From an uncultured Lachnospiraceae bacterium (GTDB lineage Bacteria > Bacillota > Clostridia > Lachnospirales > Lachnospiraceae), in assembly GCA_902796425.1 (NCBI GenBank), contig CADBPC010000091.1, positions 82 to 64,081 of the forward strand: DNA of 64,000 nt. Direction: 5' to 3'. A model generated the notes under the pieces. That model worked only from the letters and a program-made list of their open reading frames with translations. It had not been told where the DNA came from and searched no databases. A program made the translations under genes and the position numbers. Positions within the stretch are counted from its first letter, which is position 1, and every line of letters starts with the position of its first letter. Of this stretch, positions 55,064-60,930 are shown in pieces.

Positions 55064-55948
55064 CTATTGTGACCAGGTATGTCCCCACCGGTTTCTCACC
55101 CAGCCAAGAAACGGAGTAAGCTTGTCAATACTGCTCTTCTTATAGGAAATAAACAGATCCCTTGAAAACTGAGGCTCCTCCAGCGGAACCAGTCTTCTGT
55201 TAGCTGGATTATAATCAAACTCCGCCTGGAGTGAAGTGAGAAAATATACAAAGTCAAAACTGCTCTGCAATTGTTTTATCGCCTCATAATTGATCTTCTT
55301 CATCGTCTTTAGCTGCAGCTTTTCCTTCTCGGCCAATTCATTTACTTCAGTGGTGAACTCTCCCTTTCTGCTGATCCGGACAATTTTCTCATTCACAAGA
55401 TCCTTAAGCTTGAGCGAATTATTCTCCGATAATGGGTTTGACAAAGGTATTGAAACCAACAGCTTTGTCCTGTAGAAGAACATGCTCTCAATTGTCTCGT
55501 TGTCCGTCCATTGCTGCCTCGAAATGGCGATGTCGTAATTCCCTCTGAGCAGCGCTCCACCGATCTCAGAATCATCCAGAAGCTGAATAGATATATCTAC
55601 CGTAGGATAATTCGAGACAAACGCCGGTATAACATATGAGGAAATATAATCTGACGTAAAACAGAGCCTGATGAGATTCTCGTCTTCTATCTGCTTCTCC
55701 CGAATAGAATTCAGGAGTGAATCCCATGCTGAAAGCGTTTCGCTGGCAAATGCGTAAACTGCTTTTCCTGCTTCATTTAAGTATGTATACCTGCCCGCAT
55801 GGTCAAAAAGCGGTACTCCGACTTCCGTTTCGATTTTCTTAAGTGCCATACTGAGCGCAGGCTGAGAAATGAACAGTTTTTCAGCAGCCTTTGTAATGCT
55901 CTCGCACTCAGCAACCGTGCAGAGCTCCTTCATCTGTTGAAATGTCAT
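55064..55948 (-). CDS. LysR family transcriptional regulator
   Basis: ORF 55064-56020 trimmed to ATG 55948 (GGGGAGAAGG upstream). HTH MTFQQMKELCTVAECESITKAAEKLFISQPALSMALKKIE. Confidence 0.9.
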   Translation of the reverse strand: MTFQQMKELCTVAECESITKAAEKLFISQPALSMALKKIETEVGVPLFDHAGRYTYLNEAGKAVYAFASETLSAWDSLLNSIREKQIEDENLIRLCFTSDYISSYVIPAFVSNYPTVDISIQLLDDSEIGGALLRGNYDIAISRQQWTDNETIESMFFYRTKLLVSIPLSNPLSENNSLKLKDLVNEKIVRISRKGEFTTEVNELAEKEKLQLKTMKKINYEAIKQLQSSFDFVYFLTSLQAEFDYNPANRRLVPLEEPQFSRDLFISYKKSSIDKLTPFLGWVRNRWGHTWSQ

Positions 55949-56249
55949 AAAGCCTTCTCCCCATAATTTACAGTCCTCTCGTACCGTCTCAGTATATATC
56001 AGGAGATGATCGGCCGTCAAAATAGCCCTGATTAACAGGCTTCCGCACCTTTAGCCAAAGCCAATACCGCTCTTACTAAACTTCACACTGGCTGCCTGCA
56101 GAGAGATGATCTTATCATCATCAGCGCATATCCGAGAAGGTTCTGGCTTCTCCAGTCTGTTTCTTCGCTGCGGTTCGGATCATCCATAGGTAAACCAATT
56201 CCCCAGATTCTGTCTCTGACTACGCATTCAGCTAAACCGGTCGGCTGAG

Positions 56250-56480
56250 CTAATCACGCTCATATGGTATATCCAGCATATCCAGCAGTCCTATAAATGT
56301 ATCCTGTCCGTCCAGACAGGTTTCTATAACTATCTTTTCCAGACTACGTCTGGAAAGCTTTTCACCTTTTCCGATCTTCGCGACAGTTCTGGTAGACAGG
56401 CCAAGCTACATTGACAACTCCGTCTTCCCGATTCCTCTATCTCTAAGGGCATTTTCAAGTCTTACATACAAAATCGTCAA
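56250..56480 (-). pseudogene. Small XRE/Cro-type HTH gene interrupted by an in-frame TAG
   Basis: Not in the ORF track. From TTG 56480 (GGGAGG upstream): LTILYVRLENALRDRGIGKTELSM*LGLSTRTVAKIGKGEKLSRRSLEKIVIETCLDGQDTFIGLLDMLDIPYERD*. The TAG at 56406-56408 sits inside helix 2 of the HTH; the frame stays open on both sides. Confidence 0.6.
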
Positions 56481-56494
56481 ACTGCCTCCCATCC

Positions 56495-56567
56495 ATCTTT
56501 ACTTTTTTTACCTTGAGCCGCTTAAAAGGTAAAGAATTTTGGGGTTGAGTTCAAAGAAAGTAAAGAT
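56495..56567. repeat. Nested inverted repeats upstream of the HTH pseudogene
   Basis: Outer perfect 11-bp arms ATCTTTACTTT (56495-56505) / AAAGTAAAGAT (56557-56567). Inner perfect 8-bp arms TTTACCTT (56507-56514) / AAGGTAAA (56526-56533). Confidence 0.6.
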
Positions 56568-56626
56568 AACGCATTTCCCACTTACATGGCTCAGTGGCTT
56601 TCTCTCTTGTGAACAGACAAAAGGTT

Positions 56627-57697
56627 TTAATCTTTTAAACACCCAATCGGAACGACATACACACCGTCTTCTCTGCGATATGCAAAATCACCCAGACCGG
56701 TGAGCACCATAAGGAATGCTGGATTTTTCATTTTTTCCGGATCAATCTTGTCGCGGAGTGATTTCAGGCTTCCGGCACCTTCCTCAATCAGCTTTTCCCC
56801 GCCCAGTTTGATTTCAATCAGGCCATAGGAACCATTACGAAGGTGCACGACTGCATCGCATTCCAAACCATTTTTATCCCGATAATGATACACTTTGCCG
56901 TTCAGAGCATCTGCAAACACACGCAGATCCCTTACACAGAGTGTTTCAAAAAGAAATCCCATGGTTTTCAGATCGCCGATCAGATCGTTAGGTCCCGCAC
57001 CAATGGCAGCCACGGCAATAGATGGATCAACATAGTATCGAGTATCGGCACTGCGAATGGCGGTTTTTGAGCGGAGATTCGGATTCCAGGCCGGCATATC
57101 CTCCACTACAAATATCTTTTTCAGCGCAGAGATATAGCTTGCTACCGTTTCATCCTCGATCGTCGACCCGTCATTTGCCTTGATATCCTCGGCAATTACA
57201 GTATTGGCAACCTGCTGCCCCTGATTGCGTGCCAGAGACCTCATCAAACGCTTGACACGTTCTGGATTTTTGCTGACACCGTCAGCGCGGTTAATGTCAG
57301 AATGCACTACTGCATCATAGTAGTCCATCGCCTGATCCAAAGCAATTTCATTCCTCAGATTGACAGCCTGTGGCCAACCACCTCGGCAGATCAGAAAAGC
57401 CAGGCGATCCAGACTGACAGTTGCCGTTCCATCAATGGATTTTGGTGTGTTAAACAGTTCACGCAGACTGACCTCTCCTGTCGAATCCCCGGATTCGTAC
57501 AGGCTCATTGGCCGCATAGTCATCCAGGTAAAGCGGCCGGTACCTGAATGCGTGATTTCCTTCGTGTCCGCCGGAACAGCCGAACCGGTCAGGACAAACT
57601 GTCCCAGCTCGTACCGATGATCCACCTCAAAGCGAACAGCGTCCCAGAGCTTTGGAGCGAGCAGCCACTCGTCACATATTCTATGCCAGTCCAACAA
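56627..57697 (-). CDS. DUF4143-type AAA ATPase lacking its N-terminal P-loop region (probable truncated remnant)
   Basis: 356-aa ORF with TTG start. Begins at the Walker-B-like (I)CDEWLLAPKLWDAVRFEVD...GQFVLTGSA block; the rest matches the DUF4143 ATP-binding protein pattern. About 90 N-terminal residues with GxxGxGKT are absent. Confidence 0.65.
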   Translation of the reverse strand: MLDWHRICDEWLLAPKLWDAVRFEVDHRYELGQFVLTGSAVPADTKEITHSGTGRFTWMTMRPMSLYESGDSTGEVSLRELFNTPKSIDGTATVSLDRLAFLICRGGWPQAVNLRNEIALDQAMDYYDAVVHSDINRADGVSKNPERVKRLMRSLARNQGQQVANTVIAEDIKANDGSTIEDETVASYISALKKIFVVEDMPAWNPNLRSKTAIRSADTRYYVDPSIAVAAIGAGPNDLIGDLKTMGFLFETLCVRDLRVFADALNGKVYHYRDKNGLECDAVVHLRNGSYGLIEIKLGGEKLIEEGAGSLKSLRDKIDPEKMKNPAFLMVLTGLGDFAYRREDGVYVVPIGCLKD

Positions 57698-57815
57698 AAA
57701 CCCGATACTTGGACAAAATAAAACCCGATATTTGGACGAAACAAAACCCGAAGGTTGGCCTGATCATAACCCGTAAATCGGAAATTCCAAAGTCAACATT
57801 CTGATATTCCAAAGT
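57697..57815. repeat. Tandem array of degenerate 22-23-bp direct repeats
   Basis: Contiguous 23-nt units AAAACCCGATACTTGGACAAAAT (57697), AAAACCCGATATTTGGACGAAAC (57720), AAAACCCGAAGGTTGGCCTGATC (57743), ATAACCCGTAAATCGGAAATTCC (57766). Then ATTCCAAAGT twice, 22 nt apart (57784, 57806). Confidence 0.75.
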
Positions 57816-59129
57816 TTAGACCTTTTGAGTGCCGACTATAATATGTGACAATCGTATCGTAATCCGGAATTCCGAAGCACTTTCAACCTGCATGGTGCCG
57901 CCTTCCCGCTCCACAAGTGTCCGAAGAGAAAGCAGCCCGCCGGACTCATGGATCTCTGACAGTGCTGATCCGTCAAAAGGCATCTGCCCGCCGGAAGATC
58001 CGCCGCTTTGCAGGATGAAACAGAGATCACGAGCTGCCTTGCCGGATCCTTCCAGCCGGACCTCCACCGACAGCCAGTCGCTGTCCGTGTGTTTGACGGT
58101 ATTGGTCGAGCATTCGTTGATGGCGGCGGCCAGGATCTCGCGTGCCGTACCTTCTTCCGGGACAGATCCCGTGATCTTCACCTTTACGCCGATCGCGCCA
58201 GCCATTTCCAGGGCATCCGCCAGAGGGTCCCTTGCGGTGTCATCCTCCTCGTATTCCCTGAGCAGGTATGTATTCGTGTCCTTTAATGCCTGCAGGAGCA
58301 TTTCCTCATCGATGGAGGAAGGATCCTTCAGGTAATGCCGGCTCTCCAGGAGGATGTTCCCTACTTCGTTATGGACCGCCATCCGGGCCGTCAGAAGCTC
58401 CTGTGCGATGATGATGCGGTCCGCCTGCTTGTTGTAAATATCCAGCCGCATGTGGATATCCTTCAGCTTTTTGTTCTTCTCTTCCAGTTCCCGGGTGGCC
58501 GCCGCCTGCTCCGTGATGTCCGTCGCTGTCAGCCGGATGAACCGCTTGCCGTCTGCCTCTGCCTTGTCCAACGTCAGCTGCCACACCTGTTCTGTGTCCG
58601 GCAGGGTGACCTTTACGGCATCCCTGAAGACAGACAGATCCGTCAGCCTCTTTCCGGTCAGTTTCCTTGCAAGGTCATTTATCACAAGGTTGCCCAAGAC
58701 CACAGTCCCGTCCTCTTTGGCAAAGGCAATGCCGACAGGCAGAAGATCCATTGTCTCCTTTACACTTTTGACCGTCGGATGCGCTCTCTGATACCGGCAA
58801 AAATCACCGATAACATACGCAAGGATGACCGCTGTCAGGACTTCATAAAGGAACAGCGCACTGACCGGCAGTGATGTGAAAGGTGTTCGGACTGCAGGCA
58901 ATGGTATAGGCCGGTCCGTCCGATAGGGATTTGAATCGAGATCCCAGAGCGGCATCCACAAACAGACAAAGCTAAACATCAGATGCAGCAGCAAAAACAG
59001 CCTCCATCCGCGGCTTCTTCCGTCCCGGAAGGCACTGACGAGGAGCGTCATCTGCAGCGTCAGGAGGAGGTACAGGATGGCAAGGAGCGGCTGTCTGAGC
59101 GGGGAAAAAATAGCTTCGTGGATCGTCAT
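57816..59129 (-). CDS. Membrane sensor histidine kinase (HisKA_3/NarL-partner-like) with PAS-like domain
   Basis: ORF 57816-59300 trimmed to ATG 59129 (ATGA overlap with the upstream stop). 3 TM, PAS-like segment, coiled coil, H-box ARMAVHNEVGN, N-box-like NECSTNTVKH, G-box-like ESGGLLSLRTLVEREGG. Confidence 0.75.
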   Translation of the reverse strand: MTIHEAIFSPLRQPLLAILYLLLTLQMTLLVSAFRDGRSRGWRLFLLLHLMFSFVCLWMPLWDLDSNPYRTDRPIPLPAVRTPFTSLPVSALFLYEVLTAVILAYVIGDFCRYQRAHPTVKSVKETMDLLPVGIAFAKEDGTVVLGNLVINDLARKLTGKRLTDLSVFRDAVKVTLPDTEQVWQLTLDKAEADGKRFIRLTATDITEQAAATRELEEKNKKLKDIHMRLDIYNKQADRIIIAQELLTARMAVHNEVGNILLESRHYLKDPSSIDEEMLLQALKDTNTYLLREYEEDDTARDPLADALEMAGAIGVKVKITGSVPEEGTAREILAAAINECSTNTVKHTDSDWLSVEVRLEGSGKAARDLCFILQSGGSSGGQMPFDGSALSEIHESGGLLSLRTLVEREGGTMQVESASEFRITIRLSHIIVGTQKV

Positions 59130-60766
59130 GACGCTTCTTCCTCCTTCCCAATAAAGATATCCATGTACAATATATCCTCGCTTCTTCGTACATTTACCGG
59201 CAGCGTGATCCCTTCCATATCCGGCGCTGTATCCGCCGCTGCTGCAGCAAGCCGCAGCATACCGTCGTTTAAGGAGACCATCAGGGAGGATGTCCTGCAA
59301 ATCAGCTGCTCCGCGATCTGTTCGAACGCGTCATATAACTGTACGATCCGGGCTGCAGGAAGAAGGCCATCCTCCTGTGAACGCACTGTCGTTCTTAAGC
59401 CTGCCATCGTCAGGTAATCTGCCGATTCCTGCATGGATATGGTCAGTTCCCGGATATCCAGACTGTCCTTTTCCGCTGCCAGAAGGAGAAGGTTCGTCTT
59501 CCGTTTTACATAGGCGTTGAAAACACAAACTCTGGCGATCTTATCCCGAAAGTCTTCCGTCCCGGGACAGGTACTGTCCAGCAGCTGACTGATCCTCTGC
59601 TGCGTGGGATAAAGCTTTTCCGCGATCTCATGGTAAATGCGGTGCCTGGACTGCAGATAGGCGTCTTTCTCCTTCTGCTCGGTCTCCGCCCGAATCAGCT
59701 CGTTTTCCTGTTCGATCGTCTCGTTAGCGTCCCTCAGCCTTCTCTGTGCCTTCCGGACCCCGCTTTCGTCTTCCGCCCAGAAGGCGTATCCTGCCTGGAG
59801 CTGTGTGCCGGACAGTTTCCGGTCACCGGCCAGTTCCAAGGGGCCTTTCAGGGCGGCTTTCAGCTCATCCTGCCCTGCGGACAGGGGAGGCTCTGTATGA
59901 TAAACGGTCCGGAATGCCCTGTCCGTGATCAGGACCGGCATCCGGAGGATGCGGAAGAATCCTGAATAGTTCTCGTTATACGGGATCAGACGGTGCCGGA
60001 TACAGATCTCCATGACCCCCAGCATACCGAAGGTGTGCGCCTCCGGCACATTAAAAGGATGGAATCTGCTATACCAGTCAAGATAAAGGAGGTCAAGCAG
60101 GACGATGCCAAACCACAGGGTGACCATGCAAAGCAGTTCCAGGATCGCTCTTTTCTGCAGGCGTCCGGCCTCGCGGAACAGGAGCATAAGACCTGCGACT
60201 GCTGCCAGGATCATCCAGATGTAAAGGAAATATAACACCGGTCCGTAGGAATAGGTTCCGGTCTCCATGTTAAAGCACGGAATGCCGGCCTTCGGAACAT
60301 AAACAAGGAAGTGCAGATCGTTGGTCATGACCGCCAGGGCACACAGAAAGCCGGGGATCAGGAGCAGGGCCTCCCATGGTTTTTCGCCGGTTTGTCCGCT
60401 GCGCCGGATACGGATGCACGCCATGAGAAACAAAGCCGGGACCAGCATCTGCGGGATCCAATAGGCATACGTAACATAGCGAAGCACCGCCGGTTCCACC
60501 GTGAAACGGTACTTGAAGATTCGAAGCAGCATGTAAAACAGCAGCAGTAGAGCCGCAGCGTAAACATATGTCCTCGCAGGTGAAGGAAGGAGCCTTGTCC
60601 GTACGGACCCGGCCCAGTACAGCAGGAGGCCTGTCAGGATCACATAGTTAAGGCACGTCATCAGACTGGCAGGGCCGTATGAAAATACCCGGCTCAGTAC
60701 ATTCGCAGTTGCTGCCATTACAAGAAAGAGGACGAACAGCCATGTATTTCTATTCTGTTTTGTCAT
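59126..60766 (-). CDS. 7TM sensor protein with kinase-like dimerisation region but no recognisable ATP-binding boxes
   Basis: 546 aa, SD GGAAGGAGG. About 7 N-terminal TM helices (HisKA_7TM-like flavour), coiled coil, H-box-like SRHRIYHEIAEKL. I could not find N, G1 or G2 boxes by eye in the C-terminal ~150 aa. Confidence 0.65.
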   Translation of the reverse strand: MTKQNRNTWLFVLFLVMAATANVLSRVFSYGPASLMTCLNYVILTGLLLYWAGSVRTRLLPSPARTYVYAAALLLLFYMLLRIFKYRFTVEPAVLRYVTYAYWIPQMLVPALFLMACIRIRRSGQTGEKPWEALLLIPGFLCALAVMTNDLHFLVYVPKAGIPCFNMETGTYSYGPVLYFLYIWMILAAVAGLMLLFREAGRLQKRAILELLCMVTLWFGIVLLDLLYLDWYSRFHPFNVPEAHTFGMLGVMEICIRHRLIPYNENYSGFFRILRMPVLITDRAFRTVYHTEPPLSAGQDELKAALKGPLELAGDRKLSGTQLQAGYAFWAEDESGVRKAQRRLRDANETIEQENELIRAETEQKEKDAYLQSRHRIYHEIAEKLYPTQQRISQLLDSTCPGTEDFRDKIARVCVFNAYVKRKTNLLLLAAEKDSLDIRELTISMQESADYLTMAGLRTTVRSQEDGLLPAARIVQLYDAFEQIAEQLICRTSSLMVSLNDGMLRLAAAAADTAPDMEGITLPVNVRRSEDILYMDIFIGKEEEAS

Positions 60767-60835
60767 GGCACCGCCTCCTTCCGCGTTGATAACAAAATTA
60801 TAGGTTCCTGCTCCGCCACCGGCAACAGCTGCAAT

Positions 60836-60885
60836 GTAACAAAGCCCGCTGTGGCCCGGATCTTCCGATCCGGCCGGGGCGGGCT
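60836..60885 (-). terminator. Nested GC hairpin plus T-run between the surface-protein gene and the sensor genes (terminator/attenuator candidate)
   Basis: Minus-strand RNA: AGCCCGC...(CCGGAUC-GGAA-GAUCCGG)...GCGGGCU followed by UUGUU (plus outer arms 60843-60849 / 60879-60885). Confidence 0.45.
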
Positions 60886-60930
60886 CTGCGTATGTCTTTC
60901 TGTTAAGGATGTCCGTTATAAGATCCGTGC

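Noticed and set aside
56406-56408. In-frame TAG in the HTH gene as a pyrrolysine or programmed read-through codon.
   Set aside because: No pyl genes or methylamine methyltransferase context are in the window, and the gene sits in a patch with another obviously truncated gene. A simple nonsense mutation (or sequencing error) is more parsimonious.
57697-57815. Possibility that the 22-23-bp repeat array is a degenerate CRISPR.
   Set aside because: The units are contiguous with no unique spacers, are too short and too divergent, and no cas genes are in the window. It is reported as a tandem repeat instead.
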